Positions 9,349-19,314 of a DNA stretch of 64,000 bases are shown here, in pieces. The translations under genes and the position numbers were made by a program. Every line of letters begins with the position of its first letter. The stretch's first letter is position 1. Source of the stretch: Actinomycetota bacterium (GTDB taxonomy: Bacteria; Actinomycetota; CADDZG01; JAHWKV01); contig JAUJPC010000001.1 of assembly GCA_030447305.1 (NCBI GenBank), forward strand, positions 531,739-595,738, written 5' to 3'. The notes under the pieces were generated by a model. It saw nothing but the letters and a program-made list of their open reading frames with translations. It searched no databases and was not told where the DNA came from.

Positions 9349-9793
9349 CCGGGACCGTGGAGTTGGGCGGTTTCTCATGTTTGCTTTTAGTCAGCGAGGC
9401 CTCAGCGGAGGTTAAGGGCCATGGCTCGAGCAGATTGCAGCCTGCCTGAAGCGGTGGTGCCAAACTGAGGGCAACCTGGGTTGAGGAATCCTGCGGACTG
9501 AGCCCGCAGAAAGGTGAGCCTATTTGGCAGGAGCATCCCATATGAGAGCAAAGGCGATGACCCAGTTTTTCATGCTGGGTCCAATCATCTGGATGTGGTT
9601 CCCACACGGTTTCTCAGACAGCGGTCGTTCCCTTGAACGCCACCGCCGATCGGCTCATTGCTCGCTCGGCATGGTGGCCGATGTCGGCAATAGGAGTCGT
9701 GATCCTCGGCTTCGGCTGGGCTTCCGTAGTCGCCGCTCGATGATGGCACTGGACGGGTCGCGGATTAACACCGTAGCGCAATCGGGGCGAGAA

Positions 9794-9822
9794 GAAGTGA
9801 GCCGGCGAAGCCGGCTCACTTC
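9794..9822 (-). terminator. perfect 13-bp stem hairpin downstream of the 9852..10417 gene
   Basis: GAAGTGAGCCGGC-gaa-GCCGGCTCACTTC, 30 nt past the minus-strand stop at 9852. The U-tail is weak. Confidence 0.45.
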
Positions 9823-9851
9823 GTGCTAACTACTCTTCCGAGGGGCCGCGC

Positions 9852-10417
9852 CTAGGCCCTCCAGTGCCCTCCGCCAATCGGCGCCAGGTGGATCTGGCAT
9901 GCCTTTTCAGCTTCATTGAACTTCGGGTCGATGGAACCCGGAGCCTCTACCGCGACTTCTCGTCCTCCCGGACCCTGATGGGGCTGAATCGTCACGCCCC
10001 GCTCCTTCATGCACCGGTTGAACCTAACGAAGGCGGCGCGCTCCTTAGGGGCGATCCCCCCAGGCGCCCGACGCTCGATCTTGTCGTCGGGTCCAATCGG
10101 CCCACAGGGGCCGGGAGCCATCTGGGCGTTTGCAGCTCCGTCACCGCCCTGAACGACCCGCTCCACCTTCTCCGGCGAGCCGCCCGACCCCTTCCGGATG
10201 AAGCAGTCACCGGGCGCTCCGGGATCGCAGGCGTGGGCCCGATTGGTACGGCTCCCTTCGGCTCGCCCCCCGCAGGGACTTTGGCCGAGGCTGGAGACGC
10301 CCAGGACAACGCCAGCGTCACGATCACAATCGAGAACAGGATTGCCGAGCCAGTGGACCGCAAGAGTCCACCCATTGCTGCACCTACCGAAGGTAGCTTT
10401 ACCCTTTCCATCTGCAA
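9852..10417 (-). pseudogene. secreted protein with one copy of the 'F..CM.E.GV...KF.EAEKAC' domain (paralog of 5851..6465), frameshifted
   Basis: The signal peptide 'MERVKLPSVGAAMGGLLRSTGSAILFSIVIVTLALSWASPASA' is in frame 10007..10417. The domain 'AAFVRFNRCMKERGVTIQP...PKFNEAEKACQIHL' is in frame 9852..10442. The junction lies roughly at 10230-10300. Confidence 0.6.
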
Positions 10418-10443
10418 CCTCCTTTCTAAGGTTGCTCAGCAAT

Positions 10444-10955
10444 TTAGATGGAGGAAGCTAAATCCTCGGTAAAGCAGTCTCTTATCTCGTTTTCACACCG
10501 CCCAAGGCCTGGCCAAGGTGCAGTCCAAAGCGGACGGGAAGCCTGGGGCTCCGGCGGTGCAGAAGTCCCGGCGATCAGCGCCAGTCGCTTGGCGGCGGTC
10601 TCCAATCCGTGACGGCGAAGAACCCGGTAGACCCCGTTGGGGGAGATCCTGATCCCGCCCCACTTCAGCCGAGCCAGCTCCGCGGCGATCCGCTTGGGTC
10701 CTTCCCCGGCAGGTCCCAACGAGTAGGCGATCACCCGCTGCTCGACGAACACCGGGGTGTGGTTGGGCATCTGGGGGATCCGCCGCTCCCGGGGGCGCAG
10801 CATCTCCAGGCCTCCTTTGGCCACCTGTTGGCGCCAGCGGTAGTAGGTCGAGGGGTGGATCCCCATCGCCCTGCAGGCGGCTCTCATGACTCCATTTGTT
10901 GGGCCAGGTGAAAGACACGCAAACGGAACCGGTAAAGCGCATCATCATTGGACAA
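10444..10955 (-). mobile_element. IS481-family-type transposase N-terminal (HTH) remnant, frameshifted and 3'-truncated
   Basis: SD AAAGGAGG plus a TTG start at 10955. 'LSNDDALYRFRLRVFHLAQQM' then a frameshift at about 10888, then 'AACRAMGIHPSTYYRWRQQVAKGGLEMLRPRERR..PNHTP..VEQRVIAY...GPKRIAAELARLKWGGIRISPNGVYRVLRRHGL'. The catalytic core is missing. Confidence 0.7.
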
Positions 10956-11092
10956 GGCGGTGCCTCCTTTCCGATTGGTTTGGACTCCAAACGGAGGATG
11001 CGCCGCCTTGCGCTTTGGGCACGGATTTACAGAGGTGTCGCTAGGACTCGGGGATAGAACAAGTTAAGCCCCACTACGGTCGGGCGTTTGGG

Positions 11093-11764
11093 TTAGAGGC
11101 GAGCTTTCAGCCACGCCCTGACCAGCTCGCGGACGTCAGCGGCGGCCTCATCGAGGGCATGGCCAGCGCCCTCGAAAAGTACTAGCTCCTTCGGTTCCCG
11201 AGCGAGGTGGAAAATGGATTCCGAACACGAGCTGGGAATCACTTCGTCGCCAGTCCCGTGGGCGAGAAGAAGAGAACAGCGTGGGCCGAGTTGAGAGGCC
11301 TGCTCCGCCCGCGAGCTCTGGCCAGCAAGCGCTACGACCGTGCGGACCATAGTCGAGCCGGCTGCGGTCCGGATCACCACCGCCCCGCCAAAGGAGTGAC
11401 CCACCAGCCCGGCGACCCGGACCCCTTCGTCCGCCAGATATAGAAGGCCGGCTGCGACATCGCAGACGCACTCCCTCAACCACGTCGACACCCGAAAGCG
11501 GACCCAGAGGGATGAAAAACCCTCCTCCATAAGCTCCTTCGCCAGATGCGGGTAAAGCCCCCGGGCAGGGGTGTCCCACCCCCCACCAGTGCCTCCTACC
11601 CAGATCACGCCCTTGTGCGCTCCGGGGGCGGCATAGTATCGGCACGGCACCTTTCCTCGATCCGTTTCGAGGATTAGCGGGCGGTAACCGGCTTCACGCT
11701 CCGGGATATCCGGGACGATGAGAGGCCACCCGTCGCCTTCGTCGTGCAACATCCGGCTGACCAT
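11093..11764 (-). CDS. alpha/beta hydrolase (dienelactone-hydrolase-like)
   Basis: SD GGAGGAGGG directly before the ATG at 11764. Nucleophile elbow 'GHSFGG' and C-terminal 'LLAHGTGDEVIP...GAGHAL' (Asp/His). Confidence 0.8.
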   Translation of the reverse strand: MVSRMLHDEGDGWPLIVPDIPEREAGYRPLILETDRGKVPCRYYAAPGAHKGVIWVGGTGGGWDTPARGLYPHLAKELMEEGFSSLWVRFRVSTWLRECVCDVAAGLLYLADEGVRVAGLVGHSFGGAVVIRTAAGSTMVRTVVALAGQSSRAEQASQLGPRCSLLLAHGTGDEVIPSSCSESIFHLAREPKELVLFEGAGHALDEAAADVRELVRAWLKARL

Positions 11765-11891
11765 CCCTCCTCCACCCGGCAAGCAATACCTCCGACGACG
11801 CGTCGAAGTCCGTGCGCTAAGTCGCTTCCTTTCCTGCCAACCGTCACTTAACGATGAGGGGTAACTGACGGGACCGCGGTTTGTGGTCCAC

Positions 11892-12440
11892 TCAATGTGA
11901 GAGTGCCGGTTGGTGTTCGCTGGTCCACCTGGCGTAGAACTCTGAGGGAGTAAGTCCGCCCAGGGCCGAATGGGGTCGGAAGATGTTGTACTCCATTCTC
12001 CAGGCCTCCACAACGACCTGCGCCTCGATAAGCGTTCCGAACTCCTCGGTGTTGAGCAATTCGTCCCGGCTCCGTCCGTTGAACGATTCAACGTACGGGT
12101 TCTGCCAGGGCGATCCCGGGTCGATGTAGCAGGTGCCGGTGCCCGACAGGCGACACCTCCCGCAGGGCCCAAGCAATCGGCTCGGGACCGTTATCCATCC
12201 TGAGAAACTGAGGAGCACCCCGCTGCTCGACCAGCCGCTCAATCTGGGCGACCACGTCGTCGGCGTCGCAACAGCGGGCCACCCGCATCGCCAGCGCCTC
12301 CCGGCTGCACTCGTCGACGATGTTCAGCAACTTGAGCCTTCGTCCGTCGGTGGTCTCATCGAACTGAAAGTCGAGGGCCCAGACTAGTCGTCCCTCGCCT
12401 GAGTAAAACGGTTTGGCGTCGGGACCCAGTATCGACAGCG
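11892..12440 (-). mobile_element. IS3-family transposase OrfB (integrase core) remnant, 5'-truncated with an internal frameshift near 12150
   Basis: 'LVWALDFQFDETTDGRRLKLLNIVDECSREALAMRV...FLRMDNGPE' (frame 12088..12561) continues as 'YIDPGSPWQNPYVESFNGRSRDELLNTEEF..EAQVVVEAWRMEYNIFRPHSALGGLTPSEF' (frame 11892..12242). No OrfA and no terminal repeats were found. Confidence 0.8.
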
Positions 12441-12566
12441 TGGAGCTGCTCCCGACCCTTGAGCTCGTACGCCTCCTCGACGAAATCGATATCCGGTGAA
12501 CGTGAAGCAGACCGGGTAGAGCCGGCGCGGAGTGGGGTGGGACGCCAGTGGCGCTAGGCAACTCCT

Positions 12567-13049
12567 GTGCGATGTGGCACGATCTCGCATGTGACGAGCA
12601 GACCCGCCGAAGCGCAGCACCTGCGGGATCTCGCGTGGCTGCGCCGTTCGCGACCGGATCGACCGCGAGTACGCGCGCAGCCGCTGGACGTGGAGGCGCT
12701 CGCCCGGGCCGCGCACGTGTCGGCCGGGCACCTCAGCCGCCAGTTCCGGCTCGCCTACGGCGAGTCGCCATACTCCTACCTCATGACGCGGCGCATCGAG
12801 CGAGCGATGGCGCTGCTGCGTCGTGGTGACCTCAGCGTCACCGAGGTCTGCTTCGCGGTCGGCTGCTCGTCGCTGGGCACCTTCAGCACTCGCTTCACCG
12901 AGCTGGTCGGTGTGCCGCCCAGCGTCTATCGGCGGGAGGCGGGCGCGACGGCGGGGATGCCGGCCTGCGTGGCGAAACAGGTCACCAGACCGGTCAGGAA
13001 TCGAGAAGCGTCGGCCGCCGAGCCGCTCCTAAACTCAAGCCACGCCTAA
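12567..13049 (+). CDS. AraC-family HTH transcriptional regulator (small, VOC-associated type) with a short out-of-frame segment
   Basis: 'HLSRQFRLAYGESPYSYLMTRRIERAMALLRRGDLSVTEVCFAVGCSSLGTFSTRFTELVGVPPSVYR' is a double-HTH AraC domain. The family-typical 'DRIDREYA' is encoded at 12652-12675 in a different frame from its flanks. Confidence 0.8.
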   Translation: MRCGTISHVTSRPAEAQHLRDLAWLRRSRPDRPRVRAQPLDVEALARAAHVSAGHLSRQFRLAYGESPYSYLMTRRIERAMALLRRGDLSVTEVCFAVGCSSLGTFSTRFTELVGVPPSVYRREAGATAGMPACVAKQVTRPVRNREASAAEPLLNSSHA

Positions 13050-13080
13050 ACCAGCGCTTGGCTTGACAAAGGAGCAACTC

Positions 13081-13480
13081 ATGGACATCACCATTCACCA
13101 GACCTTCCTCCCATGACGACCCGGACGCATCCCTCGCCTTCTACCGCGACACCCTCGGCTTCGAGGTTCGCAACGACGTCGGATACAAGGGATGCGTTGG
13201 ATCACGGTCGGCCCCGTCGACCAGCTCACGTCCGTTGTACTGTACCCGCCGGCCGCCACCCCCGGCATCACCGACGACGAGCGCCGCACCATCGCCGAGA
13301 TGATGGCCAAGGGCAGCTACGCCAGCATCATCCTCGCCACCAAGGACCTCGACGGCGCGTTTGAGCTGCTGCAGGCCAGCGGCGCCGAGGTCGTCCAGGA
13401 GCCAACCGACCAGCCGTACGGGGTTCGCGACTGCGCCGCGATCCGCGGGCAACCTGATCCGCATCCAGGAGCGCAGCTGA
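13081..13480 (+). pseudogene. VOC (glyoxalase/bleomycin-resistance) family protein, about 4 indels
   Basis: 'MDITIHQTFL' (frame 1, then an in-frame TGA at 13114-13116), then 'HDDPDASLAFYRDTLGFEVRNDVGYKG' (other frame). Next is 'MRWITVGPVDQ...EPTDQPYGVRDCA' (frame 1), and 'RDP' / 'AGNLIRIQERS*' in two further frames. The reconstructed stop is at 13478-13480. Confidence 0.75.
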
Positions 13481-13531
13481 GCGTCCGGCGATCACAGCCC
13501 CGCAAGTTACCGCCCGACAGATGGAGGCACG

Positions 13532-15911
<2,380 letters not shown>

Positions 15912-15958
15912 CCGAGGCCTTCGAAGATAGTAAGTAAGCCCCAAACTTCAACCATGTT

Positions 15959-16576
15959 CTAAGAAATTAGCTTTCGCAGTCTGGCCAGGGCCCTTTGTTG
16001 CATTGCTTGAACGGCCCCGGCCTCTTGCCGATCGCTGCGGCCACCTCAGGGACGGACAGTCCACCGAGCATCCTCAGCAGGAGGACGTCTTTTTGTTCGG
16101 CCGTCAGTCCTGCCAGCAAACCCCTGAACTCCGCTTCACCCAGCCGATCAAAAGCTTCCTGTTCGACGTCGCCTGACAAGCCGTGCGACTCCAGCACTTC
16201 TGTAGTGGCTGGCTCGGTGGGCCGGCGACCCCGGTAGCGATAGTCATCGATTAGCTTGCGATGCGCGATGACCAGGACCCAGGAGCGAAACTCGCTTTCG
16301 CCCTTCGAACTGGCTTAGTGATCTGACCACCTGGTAGAAGACCTCAGCGGTAAGGTCCTCAGGCTCAGGAACCTGCTGCGCCCTGAGATATCCAAGGACC
16401 ACCGGAGCCAGCTGTCGGTAAAGGATGGTCCATGCCCACTCAGCTCCGGTACGCGCGGCGGAGAGGGTGGTATCGAACTGTTCGCCGATCAGTGGCTCAC
16501 GCAGCGACCACCTGGAAGAGCGACCCCCGCCTATGGCGAGGGCCGCTCCCGGTCCGTTGTGGTCGTTGACCTTCAC
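15959..16576 (-). CDS. ECF-type sigma-70 family sigma factor with two frameshifts (about 16308 and about 16010)
   Basis: Region 2 reads 'WTILYRQLAPVVLGYLRAQQVPEPEDLTAEVFYQVVRSLSQFEG' then a shift at a G-run, then 'ESEFRSWVLVIAHRKLIDDYR'. Region 4 reads 'LTAEQKDVLLLRMLGGLSVPEVAAAIGKRPG' then a shift at GGGG, then 'AVQAMQQRALARLRKLIS*'. The GTG start overlaps the upstream stop (GTGA). Confidence 0.8.
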
Positions 16577-17535
16577 GGTTCAGATTCTTTTCTATTCGTG
16601 ACTACAGGCTTCGTTAGGTTAGCGCCTCCCGGGAGTGCCTGCGGGCTTGTACTGGTCGGCAGTGTCCGGTCCGCCGGGGACAGTGGCAGGAATGTGACCG
16701 CCGGCCCGGGTGTCGCTTGCCGTGTCGAGACCGGTCTGGCTCTGGGAACCTGCGTCGGCCGGGGGACCAGCTTCGGCGGGAGGTCCGGCGGTCTCCGGAC
16801 GGTGTGCCTGTCCGGCTGCCCTGCGCTGCTCAGCCTGGGCACGTGCCCTATCGCTGATGGTCTGGCCGTCGACGCCTCCATCGCCGCGTCCTCGGCAACG
16901 CTCTGACCGAAGGCAGCGTTCTGGTTCGGCTCGCCGGTCCCGGCATCTTTTTCGCCGTTCTCCTCTGCAAGCTCGGCGGCGGCTTCCGCCTTCTCCAGGG
17001 CTTCTGCGGCAGCCTCCTCAGCCGCCTCGAGGGCGTCTTCTGCGGAATCGCCAGGCGGAACTTCAATGCCAACATTGTCCAGCGCGTTCGATACGGCGGT
17101 CTGCGCCCGGTCAGGCAAGTTGCCGGTTCCGGCAAGTCCTGCGGTGGCGGCCATCGCAACCGCGATACCTCCAACTGCCATCTTCGATGCAAGGGCTGCA
17201 AATAGTGACTCCAGCATGAACCTTCTCCTTCGCTTCGGTAGTCCGGACGCCTGTACGTGAGGCCCGGTGACTTTGCTTGCTGGCCTCGCGGCCAGGTCGC
17301 CTTTATCGGTGAGGTTGACTCTTTGCATCAGTCCGGCCAGATGAGCTGCTTCCACATCCGGCTCGATACTGGTCAGAAAGAGTGACTGCCCTTTTTGGAC
17401 CAGACGAGACAGATCCTCCAAACCGTCGTCTTCCGTCGAAGCCTTGCCGGAAAACAGCCGGTCCAGATCCTGTTCGCTGATCTTTCCAAATGGTTTCATG
17501 TCACCTTGGTAAACGCCGGACAGAACAAGGTTCAT
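16573..17535 (-). CDS. single-pass membrane protein, putative anti-sigma factor; C-terminal frame uncertain
   Basis: Cytoplasmic N-terminus ('ISEQDLDRLFSG...'), a basic stretch 'KRRRR', the TM 'LFAALASKMAVGGIAVAMAATAGLAG' and an extracytoplasmic acidic Ala/Glu-rich part. It is coupled to the ECF sigma gene. From about 16885 an alternative frame ('GVDGQTISDRARAQAEQRRAAGQ...', stop at 16619-16621) looks at least as plausible. Confidence 0.5.
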   Translation of the reverse strand: MNLVLSGVYQGDMKPFGKISEQDLDRLFSGKASTEDDGLEDLSRLVQKGQSLFLTSIEPDVEAAHLAGLMQRVNLTDKGDLAARPASKVTGPHVQASGLPKRRRRFMLESLFAALASKMAVGGIAVAMAATAGLAGTGNLPDRAQTAVSNALDNVGIEVPPGDSAEDALEAAEEAAAEALEKAEAAAELAEENGEKDAGTGEPNQNAAFGQSVAEDAAMEASTARPSAIGHVPRLSSAGQPDRHTVRRPPDLPPKLVPRPTQVPRARPVSTRQATPGPAVTFLPLSPADRTLPTSTSPQALPGGANLTKPVVTNRKESEP

Positions 17536-17618
17536 ACGGCTTGTCGAGCTTTTCTTCCATGCGGCTGCGATAAGGCCAGCTCACCGCCGCGCCGTGCGCT
17601 TCAGAGGACGGCTAAGAA

Positions 17619-18548
17619 CTACCCGGTCGGGGTAGGTGAAGCCGTTTCGCTAGGCTGGGGAGAGGGGGAGGTCGACTTTGTGGGGGTAGGTGAGGTCTCG
17701 GCGCCAGAGTTCGTCGTGGGTGAGCCGGTCGGAGAACCAGAGGGGCTTGGCGACGGGCTCTTGCTCGGGCTCGGGCTGGGTGACGGATCGCCGGTGTCCT
17801 CGGTCGTCTCGTCGGTATCCTTGGCCGCGCGACCGACGCCTTGGACGCCAACCGCCTCCAGCTCGCTTCTCACCAAGGACCACATGCTCTCCACGAGGGC
17901 GTCTATCTTCGCCTCCATATCGGGAAATGACAGATCCTCATCGCCGGCCACCGCTCGGATCTGCCCCTGTAGGCCGGCCAGCTTCTGCTCGGCTCCGGCA
18001 CTGAAGCGGACCAATCCATCGGTGGTGAACACGTACTGGTAGGCGGCGGCGAACGTCTCGCATCGCATGCAGCTCCGATTGAGCGCTATCCCATAGTTCT
18101 TAGGAGAGATGTTCGAGGCATCGGTTCGCTGGATGATCACGGCTTGTGCGGCAACTGCCACGGTCCGGCAGTCGCTGCATGAGGAGGTGGCTGCAGCGGC
18201 GTTCTGATTGTTGGCGTTGTCTCCGGTGACCCGGGCCACTCCGAAACCCGCCCGGTGGGCAGCTCGACCGTCCACCGTATTGATGACCACGACCTCGTTG
18301 TTGATGTTGCCTCCGCCGCCTCCGGCAGGCGTTATGCCGGCTTCTTCGGTAGGTGAGGGGTCTGGGGTCTGGGATGCGCCGGTTGTCGCAGCCGGCTCTT
18401 CTGAGGATGTGCCGGCGTTGAACTCTGCGCTGGCGTTGCCCACCCCAAACAGCAGGACCGTAGCAAGAGCAACTCCCATAGCGCGTTTTGAGGCAACCAA
18501 CTTCAACAAGAAGGTCTTGATTTCACCCGGCGACGAAAACCTAAGCAT
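17619..18548 (-). CDS. secreted protein with an internally duplicated CxxC motif and a Pro/Ser/Thr-rich tail (unknown family)
   Basis: Signal peptide '..KRAMGVALATVLLFGVGNASA'. Duplicated motif 'SSCSDCRTVAVAAQAVIIQ' / 'RSCMRCETFAAAYQYVFTT'. C-terminal 'PSPSPSPSKSPSPSPSGSPTGSP...' low-complexity tail. Confidence 0.65.
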   Translation of the reverse strand: MLRFSSPGEIKTFLLKLVASKRAMGVALATVLLFGVGNASAEFNAGTSSEEPAATTGASQTPDPSPTEEAGITPAGGGGGNINNEVVVINTVDGRAAHRAGFGVARVTGDNANNQNAAAATSSCSDCRTVAVAAQAVIIQRTDASNISPKNYGIALNRSCMRCETFAAAYQYVFTTDGLVRFSAGAEQKLAGLQGQIRAVAGDEDLSFPDMEAKIDALVESMWSLVRSELEAVGVQGVGRAAKDTDETTEDTGDPSPSPSPSKSPSPSPSGSPTGSPTTNSGAETSPTPTKSTSPSPQPSETASPTPTG

Positions 18549-18584
18549 GGCTATGCGAGTGGAGCGTGGTTATCAATGGACCGG

Positions 18585-18791
18585 CTAAGTACTCTGCGTG
18601 ATGTCGACATCCTGCTCCGCGTTGGCGTAAGCGATGGAGTCGTCGGAGAGTACGTTCAAGGCAGCCGCAGCGTTCACCGGGGCCGCGACATTGCCGTTAA
18701 TCAGTGCCATCTCTTCCCGCGGGGGTAGCTGCTCTGCCGACTGGTCTGCTAGCTCTTGTTCCGACAGGCCGGTCGTCGGTGATTCGCTCAT
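18585..18791 (-). CDS. small acidic peptide paralog 1 (68 aa), unknown family
   Basis: 'MSESPTTGLSEQELADQSAEQLPPREEMALINGNVAAPVNAAAALNVLSDDSIAYANAEQDVDITQST'. Its ATG overlaps the stop of the upstream 76-aa ORF (ATGA). It is paralogous to 19071..19265 and 19315..19509, with mostly synonymous differences. Confidence 0.7.
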   Translation of the reverse strand: MSESPTTGLSEQELADQSAEQLPPREEMALINGNVAAPVNAAAALNVLSDDSIAYANAEQDVDITQST

Positions 18792-19018
18792 TTACCTGTC
18801 CTTTCAACTAGCTCTTCAACGATTGTCGTCTCTCCGTTGCGGGAGACCACACGCTGGCGGCTGCTCATACTGGTTTCGGCGCCCTTCTTACCGAAGTTCG
18901 TGGCAACGGCCGTATTGGAGGTCGCAATCGCATTGTCAACGCCTTGCTTGACCTGCTTCTTCAATCCGATTTCCAAGCCTTCGACGCCATGAGTGTTTTC
19001 CTGAATCTTTGAGGCCAT
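18788..19018 (-). CDS. small basic protein (76 aa), unknown function
   Basis: I take the start at ATG 19018 ('MASKIQENTHGVEGLEIGLKKQVKQ...'), because the longer track ORF would overlap the upstream peptide gene. It is Lys-rich, visibly lower in GC than its neighbours, and translationally coupled to peptide 1. Confidence 0.5.
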   Translation of the reverse strand: MASKIQENTHGVEGLEIGLKKQVKQGVDNAIATSNTAVATNFGKKGAETSMSSRQRVVSRNGETTIVEELVERTGK

Positions 19019-19026
19019 CGAGTGCC

Positions 19027-19057
19027 CAAAGGGCGACCAGTTGCTGGCCGCCCTTTG
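19027..19057 (-). other. intercistronic hairpin between peptide gene 2 and the 76-aa ORF
   Basis: CAAAGGGCG-AC-CAG-ttg-CTG-GC-CGCCCTTTG. It has no U-tail, so it could be an attenuator or an mRNA-stabilising structure. Confidence 0.4.
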
Positions 19058-19070
19058 AGTTCTACGAACG

Positions 19071-19265
19071 CTAAGTGCTTTGGGTAATGTCCACGTCCTG
19101 CTCGGCATTGGCGTATGCAACGGATCCGTCGGAAAGCACGTTGGCCGCTACGGCAGCGTTAACCGGCGCAGCTAGATTGGCGTTGATCAATGCCATCTCT
19201 TCACGCTCCGGCAGCTGCTCTGCCGACTGCTCTTCAAGCTCCTCAGGGGTCAAGTCGTCGGTCAT
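19071..19265 (-). CDS. small acidic peptide paralog 2 (64 aa), unknown family
   Basis: 'MTDDLTPEELEEQSAEQLPEREEMALINANLAAPVNAAVAANVLSDGSVAYANAEQDVDITQST'. SD AAGGAG upstream. Confidence 0.7.
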   Translation of the reverse strand: MTDDLTPEELEEQSAEQLPEREEMALINANLAAPVNAAVAANVLSDGSVAYANAEQDVDITQST

Positions 19266-19314
19266 TGTTCGATCTCCTTTTCTAAGTAGCCTTGTCGTCG
19301 GCCATGGGCCCTAC

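Noticed and set aside
11892-12561. The frame change in the IS3-type transposase as programmed -1 ribosomal frameshifting.
   Set aside because: Programmed frameshifting in IS3 elements occurs at the orfA/orfB junction on a slippery heptamer. Here orfA is absent and the break lies inside the integrase core, so it is a disruption.
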